From Chlamydiales bacterium (GTDB lineage Bacteria; Chlamydiota; Chlamydiia; Chlamydiales; Simkaniaceae): 64,000 nt of DNA. The translations under genes and the position numbers were made by a program. Positions within the stretch are counted from its first letter, which is position 1; every line of letters begins with the position of its first letter. Below the pieces are notes generated by a model that worked only from the letters and a program-made list of their open reading frames with translations, was not told the DNA's origin and searched no databases. Location: the NCBI GenBank assembly GCA_024233395.1, contig JACKPR010000005.1:96028-160027 (forward strand), read 5' to 3'. Positions 8,247-18,039 of this stretch are shown one piece after another.

Positions 8247-9488
8247 ATGATGGTAGAAGCAATTAACACGGTTTCAACAGGGCAAGGATGTATAGCTCAG
8301 GAAGTTTTCCCAGCCATCCCTTATATTACAGACCTTCTTCCTCAAACTGCAGAAACTATCATCGCACTGCAACATGAAATGCAACAAGAGATTCAAGAGC
8401 TTTTTGCTCAAGTAGAGAAAAACCCACATGCTTGGCATCAGGCGGCCCAACTTGTCCAAGTGGCTGGAACAAAATTGGGATACTTGGTTCCTACAAAATT
8501 TCCTGACTTGTCTACTGATGCCAATGCCTCTCTACAAGAAATCGTTGAAACATTTAAGAGAGAAAGCAAGGGAGTGATCCTTCCTCAAGAAATTCCTTTT
8601 ACCTATCTAGAAGGAGAGGGAAAAGAGGGAGAGAAAAAACAATTTTTGACCACTTTCAATGCTAACTTTCTTTTTATGCCTGATGACTATACCTGGTTTT
8701 TTGGTGGGTGCTCTAGATGGGAAAAGCGCGTTGATGAGCTTTGTGGGGTGATTTTTAGAGAGAATCCCGACATTGTTTGTTTGCAGGAAATCCATGATGT
8801 CGATAGTGGCTACGGCCTATATGAAAGGCTAAAAGGATCTTACCCTCACTTCTATCTTAATATCGGTCAAGGAGACTACACGAAGGCTCCTGAAAAAATT
8901 ATGATGAATAGTGGCCTCTTCGTCGCAAGTCGCTATCCCATTAAGGATCCCTCTTTTGTCCCCTTTAGACAAGAAGGGCGTCAATGGCAAATTAATAAAG
9001 GATTTTTTCATGGAACTGTCATGGTAGGAGAAGAGGCTTTTTGCCAACTTTATACTTCTCATTTGAATCCATTTGATGATGAAACGGCTCAAAAAGTCAG
9101 GTGGGAACAAGCAGAAGAAATTGCTTTATCAATGAAAAAGATGCAAACAGTGGATCCCATGCCTGGTTTTCTATTAGGAGATTTAAATGTAAATAAAACC
9201 TCTACTGAGTGGGCCCATTCTCCATTAAGTAAAGAATTTACACATCATTGCCCAGGTAATCAAGAAACATGTACCGATACCTTAGATCATATCGTCCATT
9301 CTCCTCTCAACGCTAGAGAAGGGATTCCAAAAGAGGGTCATATTTGTGATTATGCCCTCATGTACCAAGGATCAACCGGAACTATTGTGAGTCGAGTGGT
9401 TCCACTCTATGATTTATCGCAGCCAGAAAGAGCGCTATCGGATCATCAAGGGATTTTTTCAGAGATTAGAAAGGAATTGACAGAATAG
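8247..9488 (+). CDS. endonuclease/exonuclease/phosphatase (EEP) family protein, sphingomyelinase/phosphatase-like
   Basis: EEP motifs IVCLQEIHD, LGDLNV and LSDHQGIF in the C-terminal ~270 aa. I do not recognise the ~140-aa N-terminal extension. Confidence 0.7.
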   Translation: MMVEAINTVSTGQGCIAQEVFPAIPYITDLLPQTAETIIALQHEMQQEIQELFAQVEKNPHAWHQAAQLVQVAGTKLGYLVPTKFPDLSTDANASLQEIVETFKRESKGVILPQEIPFTYLEGEGKEGEKKQFLTTFNANFLFMPDDYTWFFGGCSRWEKRVDELCGVIFRENPDIVCLQEIHDVDSGYGLYERLKGSYPHFYLNIGQGDYTKAPEKIMMNSGLFVASRYPIKDPSFVPFRQEGRQWQINKGFFHGTVMVGEEAFCQLYTSHLNPFDDETAQKVRWEQAEEIALSMKKMQTVDPMPGFLLGDLNVNKTSTEWAHSPLSKEFTHHCPGNQETCTDTLDHIVHSPLNAREGIPKEGHICDYALMYQGSTGTIVSRVVPLYDLSQPERALSDHQGIFSEIRKELTE

Positions 9489-9544
9489 AATACTTGCTCT
9501 ATGATACGTCCTTTCGCTCTATAATGCAATTTACGGAGAAGACA

Positions 9545-9856
9545 ATGTACGCGATTATTCAAACCGGCGGTAAGCAATACCGGGTTGAAAAGGGAGATCA
9601 AATCGAAGTCGAACTACTCGGCACTGAGAGTGGAGCAGTCGAATTTAAAGAAGTCCTAATGCTTAATGATGGAAAAAAAGCTCACATCGGAACTCCTCAC
9701 GTGGCAAAATGCCTCGTTAAAGGAGAAGTTGTGGGAGAAACGAAAGGGCCAAAGGTTGTTTCTTTCAAATACAAAAGACGAAAGAACTACCGCCGCAAGG
9801 TTGGTCACAGACAAAAGTATGCTGTTGTAAAAATTACTGACATTGAAAGGAACTAA
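9545..9856 (+). CDS. rplU: 50S ribosomal protein L21
   Basis: [18 protein letters not shown] is the canonical L21 N-terminus. The start is moved from the TTG at 9494 to ATG 9545, which follows GGAGAAG. Confidence 0.9.
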   Translation: MYAIIQTGGKQYRVEKGDQIEVELLGTESGAVEFKEVLMLNDGKKAHIGTPHVAKCLVKGEVVGETKGPKVVSFKYKRRKNYRRKVGHRQKYAVVKITDIERN

Positions 9857-9858
9857 GA

Positions 9859-10110
9859 ATGGCACATAAGAAAGGTCAAGGATCGAGTAGAAACGGACGT
9901 GATTCGAATGCGCAACGCCTCGGCATCAAAGCAACACATGGTGAATTTGTCTCTGCAGGAAGTATCTTGGTACGCCAACGCGGAACCAAATGGCACCCAG
10001 CAAAAAATGTGAAACGAGGTAAAGATGATACCCTCTTTTCACTGATCGATGGGATTGTTCAATTCCGTAAGGGAAAGAATACCTTCGTATCTGTTGCTCC
10101 TGCAAAGTAG
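9859..10110 (+). CDS. rpmA: 50S ribosomal protein L27
   Basis: [24 protein letters not shown] is the canonical L27 N-terminus. The gene directly follows rplU. Confidence 0.95.
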   Translation: MAHKKGQGSSRNGRDSNAQRLGIKATHGEFVSAGSILVRQRGTKWHPAKNVKRGKDDTLFSLIDGIVQFRKGKNTFVSVAPAK

Positions 10111-10181
10111 TTTTTAGAATTACTAACGTTTGTTTAAAGGATTAGGCTCTTCATTTTTTGAAGAGTCTTTGTTTATTTGTT

Positions 10182-11192
10182 ATGTTTACAGATTCAGTTA
10201 AAATGAAATTGAGTGCTGGCAAAGGGGGCAGCGGAACAATCGCCTGGCGTCGGGAAAAATATATCCCAAAGGGTGGCCCCTATGGAGGGAATGGGGGTGC
10301 TGGTGGCTCTATCATTATCAAAAGCGATCCCCAAGTTTTTGCCCTTGATGAATACCGCAATCGCCGCCTTGTTTCTGCTGAAAATGGCCGGCCGGGTGAA
10401 ACGAACAATCGGCATGGACGGAATGGAAAAGATCTTATCATCAAGGTTCCTTGTGGAACATTGATTCGTGACGTTGAAACGGGTGGACTTCTTTATGACT
10501 TAACAGAGCCTGGAGAAGAGTTTTTGATTTGTACAGGGGGACGTGGTGGAAAAGGAAATACCTTTTTCAAAACCCCAACGAATCAAGCCCCTGCAAAAGC
10601 AACTCCTGGAAAAGAAGGAGAAACAAAAGATATTGAGCTTGAACTCAAACTCATTGCAGATGTTGGTTTCATGGGTTTTCCGAATGCTGGAAAATCTACG
10701 CTCCTTTCAAAGCTTGCAGCCATTGAAGTTAAAACTGGCGCTTATCCTTTTACGACTTTGAAACCTAATTTAAGCTACATTGAGTTTGATGATTTTTCCC
10801 GGATCTATTTAGCCGATATTCCTGGGATTATTCCCGATGCCCATAATGACCGGGGCTTGGGTCTTTCTTTCTTAAAGCATGTCGAACGCAGTTCGACTCT
10901 CATTTATATCATCGATATTTCTGGAGAAGAAGGACGAGATCCTTTCAAAGATTTTCAAATCCTAAGAGATGAAGCAAACGCTTACTCTCCTGCGATTCTA
11001 AATAAACCCTTTCTTGTTGCTCTGAATAAAGTCGATAAAGAAAGCGAGGAAAATCTCCAAGCTTTTAAAGAAAAATACCCTTTTGATTCTGAAACTCTCT
11101 TTGAAATCTCTGCATTAGAAGAAAAAGGGCAGGATCCTTTTATCGAAAAAATGCGCTCTCTTGCTCAGGCAAACGGGAAAAAATATCATTGA
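10182..11192 (+). CDS. obg: GTPase Obg/CgtA
   Basis: Glycine-rich Obg fold (GGNGGAGGSI, GGRGGKGN) plus GTPase motifs GFPNAGKST, DIPG and NKVD. The start is moved to ATG 10182 (MFTDSVK) because the listed start overlaps a hairpin after rpmA. Confidence 0.9.
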   Translation: MFTDSVKMKLSAGKGGSGTIAWRREKYIPKGGPYGGNGGAGGSIIIKSDPQVFALDEYRNRRLVSAENGRPGETNNRHGRNGKDLIIKVPCGTLIRDVETGGLLYDLTEPGEEFLICTGGRGGKGNTFFKTPTNQAPAKATPGKEGETKDIELELKLIADVGFMGFPNAGKSTLLSKLAAIEVKTGAYPFTTLKPNLSYIEFDDFSRIYLADIPGIIPDAHNDRGLGLSFLKHVERSSTLIYIIDISGEEGRDPFKDFQILRDEANAYSPAILNKPFLVALNKVDKESEENLQAFKEKYPFDSETLFEISALEEKGQDPFIEKMRSLAQANGKKYH

Positions 11193-11224
11193 TCTTTTGC
11201 TCTTTTATCAAGTAATAAAAGGGA

Positions 11225-13771
11225 ATGAACTGGAAACATTTACTTTGTGTAATCTTTTCATCTTCTCTTTTCTCCAATCCCATCGGTTTAGAAACGGTTA
11301 AAGGAACTGCAACCCTTCAACAAGAACAAGGAAAACTTCATATCCATGCAAGTGATGGTGCTGTTCTTCATTGGAAAGATTTTTCGATTGCACCAGGTGA
11401 GCTGACACAGTTTTTTCAACCCGGAGAGACTTCTTGGGTATTAAATCGCGTGGTAGGGAATCACTCAAGTGAAATTTTAGGAGACCTTATAGCGAATGGA
11501 CAAATTGTTCTTTTGAACCCTCATGGGATCCTTTTTGGTAACAATGCAATTGTCGATGTCGGAGGAATCATTGCTTCCACTTTGAACGAAGGACCTATAG
11601 TCAATAAAGGGTTGATTCGTGCAAGAAATGGGGATGTCTTCTTATTAGGAAAAACTGTGGAGTGCTTTGGGACGATCGAAACGCATGCTAAAAGTTTCGT
11701 AAGAGCTGAAGACAATCCTTATGAGCTTGTCATTAATTTTGTTAAACCTAAAGAAGCTTGTCAAATAAAAGAGGTCAATGGGCGGATTCTCTTAACAAGT
11801 GACGAGCATACTCTTGTTTCTAATGAGGGAACCCTTCGTTCAAAAGGAATCAATCTTCTTTCCAACGGTATCACTGTTTTCCTTGGACATGCTGATGTAG
11901 ATCACGGCTTTATTGAAATTTCAGGGAAAGACGGATTTTATTATCAAGGAACCACAGATCGGAAAGGGGGGCATTTGGTTCTCGATCCTGAATCAGATAT
12001 TACGATTAGTAATAGCCCTTTCTATAATTACTCCTTTGAAGAGGGAAAACCCACTGCAGACATCTCAAATATCTCTATTGATTTTCTTTTGGATGAGATC
12101 AAAAAAGGACCTGTCACCATTACCACCTCTTATCTAGGAGAAGGGGGGGGCACGGGTTCGATTACGATTAAAGAAGATGTAGAGCATCACTACCAAAGTC
12201 CTTACCCCCTGATTTTTAATTGTTCTGGGAGTTGTGGGATCAATGTTGCGGGAAAAATTCGAAACAGTGGCAGCGGGGAAATCATTTTTAACTCTAAAGA
12301 AATAACGATCTCTGGAGAAATCGATGCAGCAAGGGTAGAGACGCATGGGTTTTTAAAGTGTCATGGAAAACTTTATGGACAAACTCTCAATATTCATTCT
12401 GAAAGTGGTGGACTCATCACGGGAAAAATGATTGCGGAAGGAGGTCCTTTCACATGGTTTGGAGGAGGAACCCTTTCTTTAAAAGGAGGAGAAATTGGAA
12501 ATGGAGGGAATGATTCTCTCACACTTCAAGGGCTAGAAAATATCTCTCTTGAAGAAAATTCAAGACTCTTTACTTTTTCTTCAAACGTTTCGATTCTCGA
12601 TCTTTCCGGAGCCCTTTCTTTAGAAAACTCCACCATTTATAGTGGTGGACCCGTAACGATTTCTGGGAAAAATGGGGCCCTCCATTTAAACGATGGTCTT
12701 CTCCACACGAACAGCTCTCTTAATATAAATTTAGGACGGTATCTCCATTGCCATAATAGCTTGATTCAAGCTGAGCAACCGATTGCCTTAATACTTGGAA
12801 GTGATTTGATTCTTTCCGAAAATTCCACTCTAACATCGACAAAAGGGATTTCTCTTAATAACAAAGGTTCGCTGCTAATGGGAGGAACCTCTAAGATCAA
12901 GGGGCCTGGACTTTCTCTGATTGTTGGAGAATCTACCTCCCTTTTCGATGCGAGTAAAATTGATGGAGAAAGGGGATCCCTTTCTTTAACATCGGGAGAA
13001 AATCTTGCAATAGAGGGAAATCGAGCCTCGATCGAAGGGGGACAAGTCTCGATTCATGCTGGTGAAAAAATTTCGTTAGAAAACCATGGAAAAATCGCTT
13101 CCTTTCAAGGGCCAACCTCGATCACAGCAGGAAAAGGACTTTCTCTTTTTGAAGAGGGTTCCATCCAAGCATCAGGAGGAAATCTAGATCTTTGTGTCAC
13201 TCAAGGAAACCTCATTCTTTATGGAAACAGCTCCCTTAATTCTCTAACCCATGAAAGCCATATTATGGTTGGAAAGTCACTCCAAATGGAAAATTTTTCA
13301 TCGATTAAAAGTATCGGTGAAAAAGGAACAACAATTGTTGTCGATCATCTGGGAGTCGGCGGAGGAATTTCCATGGCACAAAATAGTTCAATCTCAACGG
13401 GAAATTCTCCTCTCCGTATTTTTACCTCGTTCCATCAACATAATTCTATTCAAGGAACGTTGAATGGTCATCATTATATTGATGAACTTCCTCTCTATTT
13501 AGTCACAGGTCAAGATCATTGGGGAACTTCATATCCCAATGAATTCTACTCTGTTCCTTTCACCGTATTCTATAAAGAAGATGGCCTAATCCAAACCACT
13601 ATTGGCCCTGTAAATCATAAGACCTTTATTCGCCATATTGTTGATTATATTGGCCCTTTCACTGCTGAACTTTTCCGCGACCTTGCTCCTTACGATCAAT
13701 ACATCAAAGAGTCGATCTCTTTTACCGATAATCTCGAACCTTACTTGATCTACAGAAGGGCTAAGAAATGA
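11225..13771 (+). CDS. two-partner-secretion exoprotein (TpsA, filamentous-haemagglutinin-like)
   Basis: Signal peptide, then a TPS (haemagglutination activity) domain (WVLNRVVGNHSSEILG...IVLLNPHGILFGNNA). Long G/S/N-rich beta-helix-like repeats follow. The stop overlaps the tpsB start (ATGA). Confidence 0.8.
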   Translation: MNWKHLLCVIFSSSLFSNPIGLETVKGTATLQQEQGKLHIHASDGAVLHWKDFSIAPGELTQFFQPGETSWVLNRVVGNHSSEILGDLIANGQIVLLNPHGILFGNNAIVDVGGIIASTLNEGPIVNKGLIRARNGDVFLLGKTVECFGTIETHAKSFVRAEDNPYELVINFVKPKEACQIKEVNGRILLTSDEHTLVSNEGTLRSKGINLLSNGITVFLGHADVDHGFIEISGKDGFYYQGTTDRKGGHLVLDPESDITISNSPFYNYSFEEGKPTADISNISIDFLLDEIKKGPVTITTSYLGEGGGTGSITIKEDVEHHYQSPYPLIFNCSGSCGINVAGKIRNSGSGEIIFNSKEITISGEIDAARVETHGFLKCHGKLYGQTLNIHSESGGLITGKMIAEGGPFTWFGGGTLSLKGGEIGNGGNDSLTLQGLENISLEENSRLFTFSSNVSILDLSGALSLENSTIYSGGPVTISGKNGALHLNDGLLHTNSSLNINLGRYLHCHNSLIQAEQPIALILGSDLILSENSTLTSTKGISLNNKGSLLMGGTSKIKGPGLSLIVGESTSLFDASKIDGERGSLSLTSGENLAIEGNRASIEGGQVSIHAGEKISLENHGKIASFQGPTSITAGKGLSLFEEGSIQASGGNLDLCVTQGNLILYGNSSLNSLTHESHIMVGKSLQMENFSSIKSIGEKGTTIVVDHLGVGGGISMAQNSSISTGNSPLRIFTSFHQHNSIQGTLNGHHYIDELPLYLVTGQDHWGTSYPNEFYSVPFTVFYKEDGLIQTTIGPVNHKTFIRHIVDYIGPFTAELFRDLAPYDQYIKESISFTDNLEPYLIYRRAKK
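12133..12140 (+). repeat. G8 homopolymer inside tpsA
   Basis: gaa ggg ggg ggc encodes E-G-G-G of ...YLGEGGGTGS.... This is the longest G run I noticed in this AT-rich window. Confidence 0.8.
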
Positions 13772-15462
13772 AGAGGATTCTTTTTTGTCTCGTATTTCCC
13801 CTTGTTATCTACGGTGAGGTAAAAGTTTCGACATTTGTTAAACACGATACAAAAAACCACCAGATCCAAAATGAATCGAATGCTCCCTATTTTAAGGGGT
13901 TGATTATCATTGGCAATAAAGATGACTTAAATCCTCGAGGTTATGAAAACGTTCATGGCGTCATGAGCTATCATGTTGATTTACCAGGCGGCATTGTTGC
14001 ATTGAAGAAGAGTGTCCGCCCTTATTACAATGCCCCACTCAATAGTGAAACAATCAGTGCTATCAAAAGGCGAGTCATTGAATATTATAGAAATAATGGA
14101 CGCCCTATAGTTGCTGTATCAGTTGTTCAACAAGACATCACCGATGGCGTCTTGCAGTTGATGGTGACTGAAGGAAAGCTTGGAAAGATTACCTGCAAAG
14201 GAAACCAATGGTTTAAAGAAACGCGTCTTATTGATGCCATTCAACTCGAATCTGGAGAAAACATTGCTTCAGACCTTCTGGATCAAAACCTATATTGGCT
14301 CAATCGAAACCCCTTTCGGCAAATCGATGCTATTTATACTCCTGGAGAGGAAGAAGGAACGACCAATATCGAACTCATCTGTAAAGATCGCTTTCCCCTT
14401 CGAATCTATGCAGGGATTGATAATACAGGAAACGATGTTACAGGAAATAATCGCCTCTTTACAGGATTTAATTGGGGGAATGTTTTCCAAACCGACCAAC
14501 GTCTTTCCTATCAATTTGCAACCTCTTCCGATTTCAAAAGATACCACGCCCACACTCTTTATTATGAAATCCCCCTCCCTTGGTGGCAGCATCTTCTTAA
14601 TCTATATGGAGGGTATTCCCATGTGGATGCAGACTTTCATGTCCCGACCATTTTGGGAGCACGTTTTCGTACCCATGGATTTTCCCTTCAAACAAGCCTT
14701 CGCTATGATATTCCTTTAAAACCTCACCTAAACTTTCTCCATGAAGTGACTTGGGGATTTGATTTTAAGCGGACAAATAACAACCTTGATCTTGGGGGAA
14801 TCCCTGTCATCTCAGAAGATAATGTCAACCTTACCCAGTTTCAACTTGGATATAATCTTGGCTATACGACTTCCTCTCTTTCCCTTTCCTTTGAAATTGA
14901 AGGGTTTTGTTCTCCTGGAAAGTGGATCTCTGATCAAACAAATGCCGATTACCACTCTTTGCGTCCCTTTGCAAAAAATCAGTACGTTTATGCACGAACA
15001 GCATTCACCTTGATCTATAAATTCTATGAAGAATGGGCTTTTCACAATTATTTCCGCGGTCAAGTCGCTTCTTGCAATCTCCTTCCCTCAGAAGAGTATG
15101 GACTCGGTGGATACAATACTGTTCGGGGCTACAAAGAACGGATTGTGAATGGAGACAATGCCTTCATCTGGAATCTTGAGCTGCGAACCCCTCCCATCAG
15201 CATTCTCAATGCTTTAGCTGGCTGGAAAAAGTTTAACGATGCATTCCAATTTCTTCTCTTTTACGACTATGGTCTTTCTGGCGTGAGGCGAGCAGCACCA
15301 GGGCAACCTAAAACATCGTATCTAATGAGTATCGGGCCCGGCATCCGTTATAATGTCATTCCCTATCTTACTTTTCGCGCCGACTGGGGTTTCCAACTCC
15401 ATGACTTGCATCTTGGCGGTCCCCACCAACGCCTTCATTTCTCCCTTTCAGTAGGTTACTAA
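13768..15462 (+). CDS. TpsB outer-membrane transporter (ShlB/FhaC/HecB family)
   Basis: Signal peptide, POTRA-like region and ShlB-type barrel (NRNPFRQIDAIYTPGEEEGTTNIEL...IDNTGN). The C-terminus is aromatic (SLSVGY). Confidence 0.85.
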   Translation: MKRILFCLVFPLVIYGEVKVSTFVKHDTKNHQIQNESNAPYFKGLIIIGNKDDLNPRGYENVHGVMSYHVDLPGGIVALKKSVRPYYNAPLNSETISAIKRRVIEYYRNNGRPIVAVSVVQQDITDGVLQLMVTEGKLGKITCKGNQWFKETRLIDAIQLESGENIASDLLDQNLYWLNRNPFRQIDAIYTPGEEEGTTNIELICKDRFPLRIYAGIDNTGNDVTGNNRLFTGFNWGNVFQTDQRLSYQFATSSDFKRYHAHTLYYEIPLPWWQHLLNLYGGYSHVDADFHVPTILGARFRTHGFSLQTSLRYDIPLKPHLNFLHEVTWGFDFKRTNNNLDLGGIPVISEDNVNLTQFQLGYNLGYTTSSLSLSFEIEGFCSPGKWISDQTNADYHSLRPFAKNQYVYARTAFTLIYKFYEEWAFHNYFRGQVASCNLLPSEEYGLGGYNTVRGYKERIVNGDNAFIWNLELRTPPISILNALAGWKKFNDAFQFLLFYDYGLSGVRRAAPGQPKTSYLMSIGPGIRYNVIPYLTFRADWGFQLHDLHLGGPHQRLHFSLSVGY

Positions 15463-15553
15463 AAGATTTTGAGAGCTGATCTTTAGTGACTTATTCATAG
15501 AATTAATATATAATAATTGTTATTTTTTTTAGCTAAAAAATAGCAGGTATTAA

Positions 15554-16588
15554 ATGGCAACAATTGCAGATCCTTCTCACAGGGAATTTATATTTGCTAT
15601 AGTCAATTCTATTAATCGATCTCATCGCGTTGTAACAACTAATATTAAGAGAGATTCTATTGAAAGTCGAGTTCAAGAAGCTCAAGTAGTCATTTTTTTA
15701 AGAGACCAAAGTCAATATGGCGATCATCAAAATGGAACTGCAATTCTTAGACATATAAAAGAAAACGACTGTTTAATCTTGGAAGGGGATCAATTACCAA
15801 GTTTTTTATGTCCCTCGATCTACACAAAGGCTCATCTCTGGGATGTTAAGCCCAGTTCAGAGTTAAAAAGTTTATATGAAGAATGGATGACTACCATTCA
15901 GCATGCAATTTCTTCAATCCATTGTTTAGCTGGCGCATTAATAATAAACCCCCATCCTATACAGAGTGTTGATTCTGAGAAAGAGATTCTCGCAGAAGAT
16001 CGTGAAAGATGCCTTTCTTCGGATCCTCTTGTTAGGTCTCACCAAATTGCTTCTCTTAGAAGTAGCCTAAAGGACTCCTTAGTAAAACTTAAAGAATTTG
16101 ATTCTAGACATGACGAGATTATGAAGAATGAATTCTTGGTTAAAAGTATTGGACTTGTTCAGAAGATTCAAGGTTCTCTTCTGAAGCATGAAAAAGTTTG
16201 GGTTGTGTTGAGTGAAGTTCGAGGAAGACATGTGAGTGTTGCAAAGGAGATTATCGACGGAGTCTCTCATCTCTACCAATCGCTTGAAGCCGCAGGTATC
16301 CATTATGTAACTTTGAAACATTTTGATCCTCATTTGAAAAAATCTGCGTACTCCCATTCTCCAAAAAAAGCTGAAAAAATCGATGCTCGATATCAAAAAC
16401 AATTGGAAAAAGAAAAAAAGATATTTCGTAATGCTTTTGAAATGGATTTCCCCACCACACTATCGGTCGAAGAGCAATACCAGGCATTTAAAACTTTTAT
16501 AGATGATCCGTCTTGGAATAGCACAACCCTCTTTCAAGCAGGAGAAACTCTGGAGTTATTTTTAGAAAGAGCTCTTACATGGGAGTAA
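15554..16588 (+). CDS. hypothetical soluble protein
   Basis: Track ORF with an AT-rich upstream region containing a T8 run. It has no TM segments or signal peptide, and I recognise no family. Confidence 0.5.
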   Translation: MATIADPSHREFIFAIVNSINRSHRVVTTNIKRDSIESRVQEAQVVIFLRDQSQYGDHQNGTAILRHIKENDCLILEGDQLPSFLCPSIYTKAHLWDVKPSSELKSLYEEWMTTIQHAISSIHCLAGALIINPHPIQSVDSEKEILAEDRERCLSSDPLVRSHQIASLRSSLKDSLVKLKEFDSRHDEIMKNEFLVKSIGLVQKIQGSLLKHEKVWVVLSEVRGRHVSVAKEIIDGVSHLYQSLEAAGIHYVTLKHFDPHLKKSAYSHSPKKAEKIDARYQKQLEKEKKIFRNAFEMDFPTTLSVEEQYQAFKTFIDDPSWNSTTLFQAGETLELFLERALTWE

Positions 16589-16627
16589 CGCCCTTCTCCT
16601 TCAAAAATTTCCGTTTGCAAAAAAAAC

Positions 16628-17113
16628 TTAATGGGAAACATGTTTTAAATGTTTTTTGCTTCCCACTAACTTCACTAAAAACATTGCAGAAAGAATCGTC
16701 TCCAAGTTCTCTACTACAAAAAGTTTGAGATTCCCCTTAAGATCCGGATGCTCTCCCCATATTACCCCAATAATAATCCTGAGAGAGAAAATAAATAATA
16801 AAAGAATCATCGGGACCCAACTACCAGGAAATTCTATGAGCTTTTTCTTCTTGTCAAAAACAGAAAAGCTTTTATGGCTTATAAGTAACTCTAAGCCTAC
16901 CCCTAAACTTAGACTGAAAATCCAGGGGAAAACAAATAACAATCCATCATCTCTTATGGTTGAATAGATTGTCCACCCCAGAAAGACAACAGGAATAATA
17001 ATGAGATCTTTCCAACGAATGCTAAAAGCATCTTTTGCTTTTAATCCCTTCCATAAGAGTATGGTAAGGATAAACGATATATAAACCGGTGTATAGGAAG
17101 CTAGGTCTAACAT
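16628..17113 (-). CDS. hypothetical 4-5 TM membrane protein, tandem paralog 1
   Basis: The start is moved to ATG 17113, 5 nt after AAGGAGG. It is clearly paralogous to 17191..17694 (shared WKG.KA, FDKKKK.IEFPGSW.P.IL, HP.LKG.LKL..VEN). Confidence 0.6.
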   Translation of the reverse strand: MLDLASYTPVYISFILTILLWKGLKAKDAFSIRWKDLIIIPVVFLGWTIYSTIRDDGLLFVFPWIFSLSLGVGLELLISHKSFSVFDKKKKLIEFPGSWVPMILLLFIFSLRIIIGVIWGEHPDLKGNLKLFVVENLETILSAMFLVKLVGSKKHLKHVSH

Positions 17114-17190
17114 AACAACCTCCTTTCCTACCCACATCCATACATTATTTTTTTCAAAAAATCAACTTTTATTGGATACAAGAATGTTTC

Positions 17191-17694
17191 TTAAATAGAA
17201 GAAAGGTCTACATGAGGAGATTGCTTGAACCGCTTTAAGGTCCCAATGAGCCTTCCCAAAAAGATTGCAGAAAGAATCGTTGCAAAATTCTCAACGATTA
17301 AAAGTTTCAGGGTTCCCTTAAGTTCAGGATGAACACCATAGGTTGCTCCAAGAAAAAATCGAATGGAAAAAATAAGGAGAAAAAGGATGAGCGGAGCCCA
17401 ACTACCAGGAAATTCAATGATTTTTTTCTTCTTATCAAAACGAAGAGAGCTTTTATAGACAATCAACAGACCAATCCCTACCCCAATACTTACACTTAAA
17501 ACCCAAGGAATGATCGAAAGTAAGTCATAGTTTTTGAAGATGGAGTAAGTCGTCCACGTCAACATTGCTAAGGGGATAATGACAAGATCTTTTAATGAAA
17601 GAGTATAGGTACGCCTTGCTTTCCACCCTTTCCAGGAGAGAAGGGCTAAAATGACCCAAACATAAATGGGAGCATGTGAAATAATATCTAACAT
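17191..17694 (-). CDS. hypothetical 4-5 TM membrane protein, tandem paralog 2
   Basis: Track ORF, collinear with the neighbouring paralog over its full length. Confidence 0.6.
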   Translation of the reverse strand: MLDIISHAPIYVWVILALLSWKGWKARRTYTLSLKDLVIIPLAMLTWTTYSIFKNYDLLSIIPWVLSVSIGVGIGLLIVYKSSLRFDKKKKIIEFPGSWAPLILFLLIFSIRFFLGATYGVHPELKGTLKLLIVENFATILSAIFLGRLIGTLKRFKQSPHVDLSSI

Positions 17695-17775
17695 CTTTTT
17701 TCCTGATTTTCAGAGAATTATAGTCGAATTTCCCCTAGAAATCAAACTTTTTGGAAGCTGGTATAAACCTTTATT

Positions 17776-18021
17776 TTAACCAATGCGCTTGAACCTTGGG
17801 ACGACTTTTCCATCGATCCTGACCGTTTCAACAAACATCTCAAGAGGGCGAACCCAAGTGGTTCCCTGTTCATCTGCATAGATGACAACCTCCTCAAGGG
17901 TTTCAGTATGACGCCCAACGCCTACAACTTTGTACTGATTTTTTTTGTAATGCTCAAAGAGCCCTCCATCCATTAACTCTTTGGCTTTTTCTGAAAAAGG
18001 CTTTAATCCACTATGACTCAT
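17776..18021 (-). CDS. DUF1653-like small protein
   Basis: FEHYKKNQYKVVGVGRHTETLEEVVIYADEQGTTWVRPLEMF matches my memory of the DUF1653 pattern (Y+HYKG..Y.V.G.A.H.ET.E..V.Y......WVRP..MF). Confidence 0.65.
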   Translation of the reverse strand: MSHSGLKPFSEKAKELMDGGLFEHYKKNQYKVVGVGRHTETLEEVVIYADEQGTTWVRPLEMFVETVRIDGKVVPRFKRIG

Positions 18022-18039
18022 CTTTCCCTACCTGTTCGT

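Noticed and set aside
14180-14719. 179-aa alternative-frame ORF, plus the antisense ORFs 14290..14592 and 14812..15063, inside tpsB.
   Set aside because: They overlap a gene with clear family motifs. They have no motifs of their own and no RBS.
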